Shown: positions 23,971 to 43,205 of the stretch, in pieces
Layout: the number at the start of each line of letters is the position of its first letter
How positions within the stretch are numbered: position 1 is the first letter of the stretch
Assembly (NCBI GenBank): GCA_021613535.1
Contig: CP075494.1
Location: 5,146,001-5,210,000, forward strand
Length of the DNA: 64,000 bases
Direction of reading: 5' to 3'
Source of the DNA: Adineta vaga
Lineage: Eukaryota; Animalia; Rotifera
Translations under genes and position numbers: made by a program
The notes under the pieces: generated by a model
Told to the model about the DNA's origin: nothing
Database searches by the model: none
The model's input: the letters and a program-made list of their open reading frames with translations, nothing else

Positions 23971-24370
23971 ATGTCGTTTGACAGTGTCGATAAACTCAAT
24001 CGAGAATTTGAACGAGCTTATAATAATGGTCAAGTTAAAGAAGCAGTTAATACATATACAAATGATGCTCGATTGTTTGCAACTGACAAGCAAATTTATG
24101 AAGGTTTAAGTCAAATTGAAAAATATTATTCAGCAGCAAGAGCAGCTGGTAATTCCAAAGTTGAATTACATACAGGACAAGTTATTCAATGTGGCTCGGA
24201 TCATCTTATTGAAATAAGGTTTGTTCATCATTCATTGTCTTGCTTTTGAAATGATCTGATATGTCTTTATTTCTAGTCAATATAAAATCAGTACTGATGG
24301 TGGAAATTATGTTGTTGTTTGGAAAAAAGATGGTGGTCAATGGAAAAAACTCATTGATATTTTCAATTAA
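23971..24370 (+). CDS. SnoaL/NTF2-like DUF4440 protein, 2 exons
   Basis: FERAYNNG...YTNDARLF...YEGLSQIEKYY; intron ~24219-24275; terminal GNYVVVWKKDGGQWKKLIDIFN*. Confidence 0.8.
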
Positions 24371-26202
24371 ACAATAATTAACCATAGATGAACTTTCAGT
24401 TCTGCTTTTCCTTTTATCCTACCCTTTAGAAGCATGATCATACCTATTCATTAGATTCTTATAATAAAATTTAATCAATCTATTGATTAGTTTAGAAGGC
24501 GAAATATTTCTTTTCATATATCTACAGATGAAAATAATGGAGTAGACAACAAATCGATGAAGCTGAAGTTTGAAATCAAAACATGTCGATATGATATACT
24601 GTTGGAAATAAAAAGTAATATTTAACAGGAATTTGTACTATGACACTGAAAAGACATATAACGTTAAATATCCTATAGATTAACATTCGAGTCTTCTTGC
24701 ACTAGATTTACTTATTAGTGAGATGAAGACAAAATTCTATGAGCTATATGTGTAAGATAGTGTGTAATCTCTAAATGATCTAAGAAAAGCAGTAATTTAT
24801 AGTTTTTATTGCTGTTATTCAATTAATAAAGTTTATCAAGTTCTTCCTTGGTTCTGAATTGATAGATTTACTATTATAGAAAAGGAAAACCACTTCATCT
24901 TTAAAGTTTTCAGGTATTTCGCATACATTTCAATAGACAATAATCGTTGTACATCTTTCAGTTTTGATGGCAATGAGCGTTACCATAAAAGGATAAAGAA
25001 ATCGAAATTTGAATAGATATCATGAAACCTATCTACTTCTGAAACGAGAGTGGAGAGAAGTGTACTTGGCAAGGTGTTGCTTCTGTTTGTCACGCTCGCT
25101 GTTTTCCTAGTACTTCGCTCATCAAGACAAGGATACTAAATACTGATTCTGAACAATCATAAATTAAGTTGCGGTTTTTACTACTACTGTTCTGTAAACT
25201 TATAAATCAGAATGAACGTCAATATCTGACGACATTTTTTGACGTATATGCGCTTTAATTTTGTATCGGTTATATATGTATGAAATATCAGAAAAAATGA
25301 TGTAACAGATCCATTGTTTAACGTATCGTAAGTGCATCCGATCGATGAGTATTAACGCATAAATCGAGCAAACCATTATCCAATCAACGTCATCAAGAAA
25401 AGTAGCTTCTTGAAAAATGACAAGGATGAGACAAATGAATCAGGACGTGTTTTTGTGATAACAAATATCAAGAAAGAGAATGATCAAATGAAATAATCTG
25501 TGTAATGAGACGTGCGATGAAACTAAGAAGAAGATCAAGTCATTGATGTATTTCTTTAATTGAAATGCATCTTTGCATCTGTAAATATCGATTATTATGA
25601 ATGAAAAACAACCAATAGTATTACATGAGATTTCTTACGTTCAATTGAATCTTTTCGGAAAAGAACACTTCTTTCAAGTGCAATAATCCATACTTATTTT
25701 TTTTATTTTCATCCAAAGACTAATAACAAACAAGGGTCATATTATTTTACCATTAGAACTGATCTCTTGTATATTAAGACAAACAATTTCTTGGTTTTAA
25801 TTCCTAAGCTATCTTTGATTTTGTTTTCCTCTAGCAAATCTTCTGATTATTTCTCGCACAAAATTTTGACTGTAAAGAGGATGAGAATAGATGTTGATTG
25901 ATGGCATCTGTTTTCTACTATGTGATGATTGACATTCGAGAAAAAGAAAAAAACTAATTTTCTTAACCGAATGGATAGAATTTCTTTCTCATCGTGTATC
26001 CAAAGTTCTCTTGAATACATATATGTCAGATAGTTCGTTTGAGAAGATAAATGTTTGTTGATAGTTTTGAGATAAATTTATTCATGAAATAATTCGATAT
26101 AATTGTCTTCTGTTTTAATACGAGATAAAAAGAAAAAGACAAGAAGAAAAAAGAGAAGAAAGAAAAAAAACGTTCTATTCTACAGAATACATAAATCACT
26201 GT

Positions 26203-29200
26203 TCAAAGTTTTTTATTTGGTATAAGAAAATATGTTGTCATCCGACTTTTTCCTTTGACATCGATTTCTCCTCGTAATTCAAATTTATATCTATCTTTTA
26301 AAGCAACGGCAACACTTTCAGGAACTTGTATACGTCCTCTTTCACCAGTTGAATCCATTCGTGAAGCAACATTAACTGTATCTCCCCAAATATCATAGAA
26401 GAGTTTCGTTGTACCAATAACACCAGCTGTTACTGGTCCAAAATTAAGACCCATACGAAGTTCAAATGCAAAATTTAAAAGAGCTTCATTAAATCTTTCC
26501 ATTGTCGCTTGAAATGCTAACGCGAATTCGAATAAATCGCAAACGGAATCTGAAATATCTTGAATAAGAAGATGTCTTTTCAAAAGAAAATAAAATCAAA
26601 ATTACCCAAAGGATTTTGATCATTGACATCTGTTTGTAAACCTGACGCAGCCATAAATGTTGATCCAATTGTTTTGATTTTTTCAATTTTAGAAAATCTT
26701 GGATCAAGAAATAATTCTTCAATATCTCCATAAAATTCATTAAGGATTCTTGCATAAAATTTTCCTCCTTCATATTGTTCTTCATACATGACATGAAAAT
26801 TAATTAATGATGCGAAAAGAACACCCACACATGGATGATTACGTGAATATGAACCATGATGAAGACGTAACGGTTCGATAACATGTTCCGGTAAAATATT
26901 TCTCAAAAGCCAATCAGCACGTTCACGTTCTTTTTCAATTTCAACTCTTTGTTCGGCCGACTTATGAACAACATGGTATTGAAAACGACGACCTACTTCT
27001 AATTGACGACTAATACCATATAAAACTATTAAAGAAATTAATATGCAAATACTGATATCTACTGCATCGAAATTTGTTGACACTACGAGAAAAGAAAATC
27101 GAATGAATTGATGTTTCTTTTTGAACAAAGCAAAAAAAAAAAAAGACGACATACCTGAATTTTTATCTTTGAAAAACATCAAAGAAAGATATATAGCAAT
27201 GGACACAATGGCAATAAGAGTTTTGATCAAATGAGATAAAGATGCACCTAAGGTAAGATAAGTTGAAATAAAAAGAAAAAAGACGGGTGAAGTTAGATCA
27301 TAATCAAATAATTGAATTAAAATAAGAATTAAAGGTGATAGAAGATAAAATGAAGCAATAAAATGTCGTAAAATCCACCAATTAAGAAGTGGACGATGAA
27401 AACGAATTAAAATCAATGTTAAAATCAATTTTATACCAATAATAACACCCATAGCAATTGATGTTTGAATAAGTTTATGTTTGAAAAAATAAATATAGAT
27501 TAATAGAAGTGAAAGAATGGAAAGTATCACTTCAACAATCAATAATGAATGTGGACCAATATGAGCAGAGAAGCTTTCTTCTAATCGTTTGTCTTTATAT
27601 GTTAATGTTAAAATATTAAATGACATAACTAATTCTTTTTCTTCATTTTCAAATGTTGTTTCATTAACAGTTTCAACTGTTTTAATCATGCCCAAGTCTT
27701 TCGGTGGTTCTTCTTCAGAAATTGTTGCACGACGTGCTTGAACAACTTCTTCTAATAATGGACTTGTTACCATCTGAAAAGAATGAAGGAAAACTTTTCT
27801 TTTTTTGTTTTCTTTCAAATAAATTTCACTTACAACTGTTTCAGATGTATTCGGAATATTATTCGATTCATTTAATGGAACAGATAAAGGTACACCTGAA
27901 GCAACAGCAACTGCTGCAGCCGTTGCTAATGTCATCTGTGGTGGTTTTTGTGTAATTCGATGGCTTAAATGTCGTTTACCAATGAAATATGTTGCGATTG
28001 AAACTAAATAGAATAATTTATGATGAAGAAAAAAAAAGAAATTTCTTTTTTTATCGAAACAAACCATTGCTTGGTAAATCATAGGGTGAACCTGATTCAA
28101 ATTGAAATTCATCTCGTTTCAATAATTGATATGTTGCTTCCGTAATATGAACATAACCTATTAAGAAAAGCAAATGATTTATCTTAATGAAAACAAAAAC
28201 AAATCAGCTAATAACTGAGCAAGCAAAGAACTTAATCTACATGTTAAAAGTTAATATGAACTAAAATATGATTTAGAAAGTAATAATATAGAAATAATTC
28301 TTCTTTTTCTATGAAATTACCTGGTTTTCCAGTGGATTCCATTTTATTTGCTAATGTCACATCATTTGAAAAGATATCAAATTTAAATTTTCTCGTTCCA
28401 ACAATGCCACAATTAACTGATCCTGAATGAACACCAACTCTCATATCAACTTGTTCATTATTATCTTCATCAAATTCTTCAATGGCATTAATCATTGCTA
28501 AACCCATTAATACACATGATCTTGCATGATCTTCTCTTGGTTCCGGGCAACCACTAACACAATAATAGCAATCACCTAATGTTGCAATTTTCTCACAAGA
28601 CATTTGCACACATAAATCATCAAATCGTCCGTATAAATCTGATAATAAAGAAACTAATTGTGCTGCACTTTTATTCGATGACATATGAGTAAAACCCACA
28701 ATATCAGCAAATAAAATTGAAACATTTTCCATTCGTTCAATATGTAATGGACGAAATGTTGCCATTTTCAATTCATCGTCTGCTGGATGTGGTGTATTAA
28801 CATTTTGCACACGTTCACGAAATACATCAAAATCTTGCATGATCACCGTTGCATATTTACGTGGCATTAACGAATCAATCATTTTCGATATTAATGTATG
28901 TTCCGTTAATAAAGAACCACGTACATTTGCATCTATTAAACAAAATAGAGAGATGAAAAAAAATTTTCTTCATTTTTCTACTTACTTTTGCACAATTGAT
29001 TATATGCTGAACGCATTGTTATATCCAATGAACGATTTAAATAGATTCCTATAATATTTGATACTATCAATAGTATTAAACGCATTTTTATGTCTAATGT
29101 TAAAAAGGTGATAATAAGTGTTATTAAAACCGATAATAAAATTGATAGAAGTAGAGAAAAATTTGCTAATGTATAAATCAATACAATTAACAAAAATATG

Positions 29201-29601
29201 TGGCATTCTGCTGGATATAAACAACTTAAAATCGCTAATGGACATAGACATATAAATGAAATAATATTTGATAAAATATGAATTCGAAGACGATTGATAA
29301 GAATTAATGATAAGATATTTAAACAAATACTTATAGCTAATAATGATAAATGAAGTACTTTCGATTGTTTTGTTAAGGAATCAAATAGGAAGATTTTAAT
29401 TGAATTAATTAATGCATGACTAATTAATATGGTGACCAGTATACGATGACTTGATGGAAAGATTTTTTTCAAATAACTTAAGATATACTTTTTTTCGTTT
29501 GTTGGTGAATCGAATTGTGGGTAAAATAAATTTTTTAAAGACCATTTTTCATGGGGAACAACAGCAGTCGATAAACGATGAGTTCCCATTGCACCATTCA
29601 T
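26203..29601 (-). CDS. ADCY9: Transmembrane adenylate cyclase, type 9-like, multi-exon
   Basis: Two TM clusters. C1 ILFADIVGFTHMSSNKSA..TLGDCYYCVSGCPEPREDHA; C2 YEEQYEGGK, IEKIKTIGSTFMAASG, YDIWGDTVNVASRMDSTG. Confidence 0.9.
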
Positions 29602-29906
29602 TGACTAGAACGACAAACTCTATACCATCTATAATAAGTCATAAACACATATGACAGAATAGGAAAAAAAACGGCAAATGAATGGTATCTTTTTATGGCA
29701 ACGAAGAAAAGAAAAAGAAAGAAAGAAAGAAGTAATTTGGTTTTGTAATACGATTTCATGTCTATCTATAAGTCACCTGCAGAGGGACGGGAGGTCTTTC
29801 TCTCTCTCTCTCTCTTCTCATTTCAACTCTCATCAATGAAAATGAAAATGAATGTTGTCATGGAAAGTAAACAAAAGAAAAAAACACACACACACATATT
29901 TTTCTT

Positions 29907-30557
29907 TTATTTAAAATGAATTCTTTGAAGAGTATAAAGATTGTCAAGGGTTTTCTTATTCGTTGTCACTGCTGCTGTTGTTGTTGATGTTGTTTTTTTG
30001 ATGGTATTCAAACCTTGGAGTAAATCAAAAGTAGTTAAACGATCTTGAACAAATTGTTCGATTAATGGAATTTTATTCCATTTTGCCAGAACAAAGGAAG
30101 AAAAATGTGCATCAATCAATGCACAAAGCCAATCAATAATTGTTGATATTGGTTGTTGAAAATGAATCAAAAGAGAAACAAGTTGCTCACCCAATTCTAC
30201 AGATTTTGATGGATTCAAATATAATTTCATTGCAGATGATAATGACCAATAATCGTATCGTTTCGATAAGATTAATATTAAATAATCAAATGTTAAATTT
30301 AATGATTGTACTAATTGTTTTTCACTGATATCTTCGACAGTTTGAAGATATTTTTCAATTAAATGAATTTGATTTTTTTTATAGATCAATTCGAAAAATT
30401 CTTCTAAATTCATTCCACTGAGATATTTACCACATTGATGAAGAATTTTTTCATGATCAATTCTTTCATCTGTATTTAATAAATATGTTAATTGACCTAA
30501 AGAATTATTATCAGGACGGTTTGCAATTGTTGAGCATAAAGTTTCGACATCGGACAT
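29907..30557 (-). CDS. Nucleolar protein 11 (NOL11) C-terminal-domain-like protein
   Basis: IIDWLCALIDAHFSSFVL and terminal LYTLQRIHF resemble the NOL11 C-terminus; in-frame TAA three codons upstream of the ATG. Confidence 0.55.
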   Translation of the reverse strand: MSDVETLCSTIANRPDNNSLGQLTYLLNTDERIDHEKILHQCGKYLSGMNLEEFFELIYKKNQIHLIEKYLQTVEDISEKQLVQSLNLTFDYLILILSKRYDYWSLSSAMKLYLNPSKSVELGEQLVSLLIHFQQPISTIIDWLCALIDAHFSSFVLAKWNKIPLIEQFVQDRLTTFDLLQGLNTIKKTTSTTTAAVTTNKKTLDNLYTLQRIHFK

Positions 30558-31443
30558 GTTTATTTATTTTTTTCTTGAAAATAAGATTAGCTGAATATTA
30601 ATGAACAAATAACAATATATCGACTAGAAAAAAAAAACTCACCAATGAAATTTTGTTTCTTAGTGCATTAATGTGTTAAATATTTATTTTTTTATTTTTC
30701 AATCGATTCTGTCATTTGGAAAACGTAAACATCAATCTCAATGTGAACACATTGCATCGACAGCTAACAAGAAAGCATTATCAAAATCATTGATTCGTGA
30801 AAAGATAAATTAATAAAAGATTATTCTAAATACATTTATGAAATTTCTAATCTCAAATAGATAGACAAATCAAAACTCTCTTGTATCATTTCCTTCATCG
30901 ATCTTACGTTTTGGTAGTTCGCAATTGATAGAGTCCCGTTAGAATGAGAAAACAATATCTAGCTTTTTCAAGTTTAAGTATAATTGAAGAGAAAAATCAA
31001 TTTTACTATGTCATCTTATCTGTCAAAATCAATTTGATAATTTCGATGAGTAATATGCACTCATTGTATCTTTTAATAAAGAAGTTCGAAGATTAAACAA
31101 ATTGTTAGAACAATCAATGTCGATACTAATCACTTCCTTGTTCAGATTGTATGTGTCTTTTCTAAAGAGCCGCTCATATTTGTGACAGAAAACTTCTTTT
31201 TTCAATCATAGGATGACGGATGTGTGTAGACTGATGATTCGTTATTTCACAATCAACCATATTCGTTTTCTTTCTCGAATCGAATCGAAAAAGTAGGACA
31301 CATTGAACAAATGACAAGAAAAAAAGAAAGAATTTACCAATCAGATTAATTTCCTAAGTGCATTAACGTGCCATACTTCTCTGTAATATGCATATATATT
31401 CTTTATTTTTTCGATCTATCATTTCATTCAGTAAGACAATACG

Positions 31444-33361
31444 ATGGATCTCAGTGAACAAGGTAAAAGTTATTAAACAAAGAACTGAATAAAAAACGTC
31501 CTTTTTTCTACATAGGTGTTCTTCTTCCAGCCCCATTACGAGTCTATGATTGTTCAGCTAATGAAGTTATTTCATTCAAATTTAGTAAGTTCAATGAAAT
31601 TTCTACTATTCATTACGAATATGTTATGTTTAATTTTAGTTCGATCGGAAAAAGACTTGGAAAATGAAGAAATTGATTTTGCACCAGAATTTACACATCA
31701 AATTTTCGGCGAAAAGTAATTTTTAGAAGAAAAAAAGAGAAGATTTTCGCATTGTTTGATTTATTTTAGTGAACGGATCTTTGGATATAAAGATTTAAAT
31801 ATTGATGTTTATTGTTTATCTTCATCGTTAAATTTCTATTTAAATATTGAATATGATGAAAAAATCAATCCAAAGAAATATCAACAATTCAAAGTAATAC
31901 GACATTAGAAAAGAAAGTTTTTAAACTTTTTTCTTTTGCTTTAAGGCTGATGATATTGTCAAAGCTTTAAATGAATGGTTACCACCATCGACAACAACAA
32001 ATTTAGATCAATTTTTATCTAAATTAAAGAATGAAAATGAATATTCAACTTTTGGTGAAGAAATTTTATCCTATGAATTGAAAGGTGAAAAATCCACATC
32101 ATATTCAATCAATCGTGTTAATCAGAACTTTTGTGATGATCAAAAATTTGTTGAATGGTATACTCGTCTCGAAACATATCTCGTCTTTTTCATTGATGCT
32201 GCATCAAGAATTGATAAAGATGATTCAAATTGGATTATTTATCTTCTTTATCAAAAATATCAAAATGACAATGGTCAAACATGTTATGCACCAATTGGAT
32301 ATATTACTGTTTACCTCTATTATGCATATCCTGACAAACAACGACCCAGAATCAGGTGAGTCATATTTAGTTTTTATTTGTTTGATGATTAGTTTTTTTT
32401 TCTCGTTTAGTCAAGTGTTGATTTTACCACCATATCAACGAAAAGGTCATGGACGTCGTCTTTTAACTGCAATTTATAATGATTTACGAAAAGATTCTCG
32501 TGTTCAAGATATAACAGGTATGATCGAAAGAACTTTTAGAACAAATTTATTTGATGTTGGTTGATTAATAAGAATTCAACAGTACTTGTCAATGAATAAC
32601 ATTTTCTCATACTAATGAGTTTTGTATTCGTAATAAACAAGCTTTTAATTCGAGATGCTCTTGTAGAAGAATGACTCTCTTTTCTAATAATATCATTATA
32701 AACATTCTTTGTTGGTTAAAAAGTTAGTCTCAAGTATTAAGACGAGCACTTGATAATCATTCAATGTTTTTCTTTTCTTTTATATTTAGCTGAAGATCCG
32801 TCGGATGAATTTGTTGCATTACGTGATTTGGTTTCCCTAGAATTATGTCATAAATATTTACCTGATTTATTTTCAAAAGAATCTATTTTGAAAACGTCTC
32901 GATTAACAAAAGAGATGATCGAAAAAGCACAAGATGTTTGTAAATTAACTAAAGTAAGATTGACTTTGGTTTTCTATACAAAACAATTGAATTATTTTGC
33001 TCTTTCTTTCTTTCTTTCAGCAAGAAACGCGACGTGTTCATGAAATGTGTTTACTTCAATCAGTTAATAAAAATGATGAAGAACAAATGAAACGCTTTCG
33101 TGTAATTGTTAAACAACGTTTATTTGAACCATTACAAGTAAAGCTTCCTTTTTCTTAAAATTATTTATTGATTTGTATGGAATTATTCGCTTATTTTAGT
33201 TTGATAAACGTCGTCGTCTTCAATTAGCTGATCCAGCACTCGAAGCATTGGCTACAGATCCAGAAAAACGAAAGAAATATTTGGCAACTCAATATGAATA
33301 TGTGCTTGAACATTATCAGAATATTCTTCGAGCATTTAATAAATATCAGGATCGTTTATAA
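31444..33361 (+). CDS. HAT1: Histone acetyltransferase type B catalytic subunit, multi-exon
   Basis: [66 protein letters not shown]. Confidence 0.95.
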
Positions 33362-34733
33362 ATTCAATCTTTATTGTAGAAATCTACATTTATTTTTCTT
33401 GTGTCACTTTATGTAATGAATGTTGAAATCAAATAAACAGATTTGATAAGATGTCAATCTCTAAAAACTTCTATTTTCTAATAAAATCACATATCATGAA
33501 AATAATTTCTTTATTTCACATCCGCATCCGGATAAATAAACAAGATTCGGTAAATTATTAGGAACGGTCATATATTTTCGAATGCGAGTATCAATAAAAG
33601 TGGACACACAGCGAGAAGATCTAACCATGTATAAATTTCTTGTAGATTTTACTTTCACGTAAATCATTTATCCTATTTGCTTAAATTTCTGAATCAATTT
33701 CGACAAGTTTCTTTCGAAACAAATCTTTGCTATTAATATAGTAATATTTCTCGCATTCTATTATCGTATATGGAATCCGAGATATAATTACATCGTTATC
33801 TATAAAATACAACACTTAAAGTTAGTTCGTTTACCAGGTTATTAAGAATATCTTGTTATTCGAAACACCCCCTCTCTTTGTGTTTCGAACATCAAATACA
33901 GCGTGACAACTCTGATAGAAAATCTTGTTAACTGCATTTCGGCCCACATGTTGTATCAACAACTATCTCTTTGTTGTCATCATTTATTTTGAAAGTAATA
34001 TATTGAAATTTCTTCTCCGCTTTTAATTGGCGGTAAGTATCTACGGATTTCTTGCTAACAGGCTAACTAGATGCCTAAAATGAAATCAGTTTTGACCATA
34101 TTCTCAATAGTCGAATCGACCTTCTGTTGATTAACATCAAACTTCCTTGCCGTAGATCGTGTCGAATAAATGATCTCATGCCATGAACATTAAATATAGA
34201 ATATATTACTAGTATACAAAAGTAGGTAATCAGAATACTTTTGTACTGTACAGGTATTCTTCAAAATGGAAAAAATTTATATAAAATGACATCCTCCTAT
34301 ATTTCGATTCACGTTTAATTTCATTCGCACTTGTTGTTAATAACGAATAATTATTTTATTTTTCAAAAAATCTTTTCATCTTTATTAAATAGTGATAGCA
34401 AACAACCACAGAGAATGTAACTAAGAAGAAAAAAAAACGAATGAATTCTTGCACTATCTCTTAATCAAACTTTTGAAGTTGTTTTTTATCAAATTCGGAT
34501 GCAGATACCATCATCCATTCTATTAATTTTATATAGTATATTATGACGCTTTTTTCCTAGTTGAAACTGTTGAATATGAAAACGAAAACTATTTAATTAT
34601 CGAGAATTTTCTTGTTGAACTAGTAAATATAGTAAGTCTCGCCTTCATAATGCTGTACTTTAAAGATAAAATTTCAAATATGAAATAAAATAATTCTATG
34701 TTTGATATCGATAATAACATTTACGGTTCTTAA

Positions 34734-34786
34734 AAGGGTGTGGGTGTGGGTAAGAATAATGTATGTCTCCCTCACTCACACACCTT
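34734..34786. repeat. Short imperfect inverted repeat containing telomere-like TGTGGG/TGAGGG units
   Basis: aagggtgtgggtgtggg ... ccctcactcacacacctt. Confidence 0.4.
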
Positions 34787-34917
34787 CAAGATGGTGAAAT
34801 GAGTGATATTTATGTTTTAAAGCGCATTTTTTGTGATTTTTAAATAAATGAGACAATGTGAATAGAAGCAAATATTTAAAATTTAAGTTACAATTTTAAA
34901 ATGAGTTTACAATTGGA

Positions 34918-35909
34918 TCAAGGCTTTGTTGATTGTGGAACAATTCTGTTTAGAAAGCGTTGTTTTGTTAACATTTCTCTTGCTCTCGTCCAAATTTCCT
35001 TCGACGATCGAAGGCATACAAATGGCAGCCAAAGAACAAGAAAGTAATTGAAGAACCATATATAATCTTCAAATTGACTTGTTAAACTGTACGGTAGTCC
35101 AGCTCGCTGAACAATAATCAAAGTTGTTGCTGGTAGATTACCTACAAGAAATAATCCTGCACATGCTGATAGTTGTATAATCATTCGTCGATATTTATGC
35201 CATTGAACTTGTTGATGAAGATGTTGCTTTTGTTTGACAACACGAACGAAGAATATAACATTGATAACAACAACAAGTAGTGTAGGTGAAATACTGTGGA
35301 AAAGAACATCAAATAGAGTAAGATTTTCATACGTAAAAAGCATGCTTGAACACACCATTTTAGATCATAATTAAATATGTTTTCACAAGGTAAAACGAAA
35401 AGACAGAAAATATAGAAAAAACAAACGTACAATGGAATGATAAACATTGGAATATAATGAATAATGAGACGTTGCTTCTGAGTAGTAAGCCATTGATGAT
35501 GAAAGATAAGAATATGTCTTTCAATCGACAACCAAACCATCAATATACTTATGAGATTATAAAAACCCCAACTAACAATCCACCATAGATAACACAAAGC
35601 TGGTGTGCGATACAAAGAATAATTCCATTGAAGATAAACTAATTGATGTGGATAATCAATGATCTCAATAAACAATACAGTGACAAGTAAAATTATGGTT
35701 ATGTGATTGCTCAATGATTGTCGTAAGGTACGATGGTAAAAAAGACAAAAAAGTAGGAAAAGTGTACAAATAATTGATGGAATTTCAAAGCAAAGTATAA
35801 TCCAGAATTGAGCCATTGATGAGAAAGAAGATTTAGCAGGTGTGTCTAGTAAAGTAGAATTATTCTCAACAACAGTATTCGAACTATCATTCGAATGCTG
35901 AACAGCCAT
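34918..35909 (-). pseudogene. Orphan class A GPCR with a single frameshift (pseudogene or assembly error)
   Basis: TM1-4 (SIERH) lie in one frame and TM5-7 in another; the frames join at the A5 run 35335-35339. Confidence 0.75.
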
Positions 35910-36633
35910 AACAGGTGAAAGATTATGTACTGTTAACGTTTAATATGCAACAGAAGTGTGAGAAAGAAAATGGAATATTACAAATATTTAATAAAAAAAA
36001 AGATATCTGTTGATGAACTTCTCCTTTCCAACATATATACTCACTCACTTCTGTTACAAATACAATTATAACTATTCAAACAGCATTGTTTTTTTTAAAG
36101 TATTTTTATTTTAAAAGCAGAGAAGTCATGATAAAAACGCTTTGTTAGTTACACTTCAAAGATAAAATTAAATCCCTCATTATTTTGTGAAACATGAAAA
36201 AGGATTCTTTTGATTTTGATCTATATTTCGAGCAAATAAATAATGAACTAATATAATGATAAAGTCTGTTATTCGAATATCTTCCAAATCGCATGAGTAG
36301 ATTCTCGCTGATCAAAATTTTATCAGAACGTGAATGTGACAAGAACAATATTAAGATTAATACTAATTATTAGTTTATTTAATGATTCAACTTCATTTGT
36401 ATTTATCTATATCGATCACTATCTCGAAAAATTAATTGTTTTCTTCTAATCAATTCATGATAATTCAGATTACAGATGTTTACATGGGTATACTGAAAAT
36501 AGTACGAAAGACAAAAATAATGAATAGCTACTATAACCAACTCAAATGCTTATACATTAATACAAGTAGAAAATAACTGATTCTGAGCGATAGAATCGCG
36601 TGAAGTCACTTGCAACGCGGAGTTAGATTTGCT

Positions 36634-37763
36634 TCAACTTGTATTACTATCTAATAATTTCAGTCGATTTTCATACCAAGTAACTTCTTCTTGAAATCCA
36701 ACTTTTCGACATAATTCTAACAAACGTTGATACATTTGTTTAATACGAAAATTGACTTTTACAAATGATAAATACATTTTTTTCAAACATATTGGACAAA
36801 GATATAATAATTGACTATCCATTTCATCTTCGCAATTGGCACCATTCATTAAACATGTATAATAAATACAATGTTCTAATCCAAATAAATGTATTACTTC
36901 ATGTAAATACGTACCAACAGCACGTTTTAATATTAATATTCGTTCTTGTTCGGTACATGGTTGTAGCATTGAATCTGATGATGTATGTGGAAATAATGGA
37001 TCAAATCGAGCAAAAGAATAAATTCCAATTCCATCATCAATTGAAGCTGAACCATAGACAAAATTCCATTCTGGTCGTGGATAAATATCAGTCATAGTTA
37101 CACCAATGGAAAATAGTTCTTGACGATTGTGTCGTTTTCGTTGAAGTTTTTTCAAATAAGCAATTATACCTGCAACTAAATATTGCGGTTGTTGAGTAAA
37201 TGAATCAATACGCTTTTTTATTTTCTCATCATAATTAATCGAAGGTAGTAATTCCGTTGTACATCCAGGAAAGAAAATATCAGAGAATTCCCGAATAATA
37301 TCCAAGTTTGGCGATCTATTAAAACATAATAGACATTGTTCATCAAACGTGAAAGAATATTTACCGTGGATTATCAAAATTCCCAATTGGTTGAACATAT
37401 ATTATATTACATCTATAGTAAATATTCAAAAGAATGATAGTGTATAAATTTATAATAGATGGAAAACATACGCATACCTTGCAGTTGGTCGAACTTTTGA
37501 TGCTCTTTGAAATTGTTTGACAGTTTGTCCGTCTTCGTGTTCAACACTTAACCAATCTCCTCCTCGCGGTATTGGAATAACGGGAAAACTATCATCAATA
37601 GCAACTGTCAGAGCTTGTCGAATATCGTCATTTAACTAAAATATATTCAACTAACATAAAATAGTTTTCTTTCAGACTATATACTAACATTATCTGTTTC
37701 ACCAAGAGCTTCAACTCTGTGTTCGAGTGATGGTGGTTGAAATTTATATTCTTTACAAGCCAT
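36634..37763 (-). CDS. Archaemetzincin (peptidase M54), AMZ2-like, 3 exons
   Basis: GDWLSVEHEDGQT; DIYPRPEWNFVYG; YSFARF; HEVIHLFGLEHC..CLMNG..LCPICLKK. Confidence 0.92.
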
Positions 37764-38246
37764 TATCGACTTATATAAGAATGAGTATAGTCAAAGTCGT
37801 ATCTATCATAATGCTTATATAGTTTTTTGAGGAAGTTATTTCACTGACTCACATCACTGTGATCATTGCGAAATTTCGGTAGAAGAACACGTAATTTTGT
37901 TCGTTTTGATACATTGATGTTTGATGACAGAAAGAAATTGTTTTTTCTATGAGTTCTTTTCATGTCAATGAATCTTTCTGTATAGGAGTAGAAAAAATCT
38001 ACTTGACATCATCGTTGAATAGCGACATCTTAAGGAGACATAGAAAACTAAAATAAAATATGAAAAATATTTTTAACCAAAAAAGTTTTCAATCAACAAA
38101 AATTATATTAATTTTCTACATTGATTTTTTCGCGTCGATTACCTAAGAGAAGAAACCATGAGTCATCAGTTTGATATTTTCACCTGTTGAATGACGAACA
38201 GGATTGTATTCGATTTCATCCGATCATCGTAAACGAACATACAAAA

Positions 38247-43205
<4,959 letters not shown>

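Noticed and set aside
33500-34250. Coding-like degenerate stretch downstream of HAT1
   Set aside because: No sustained frame or recognisable motif.
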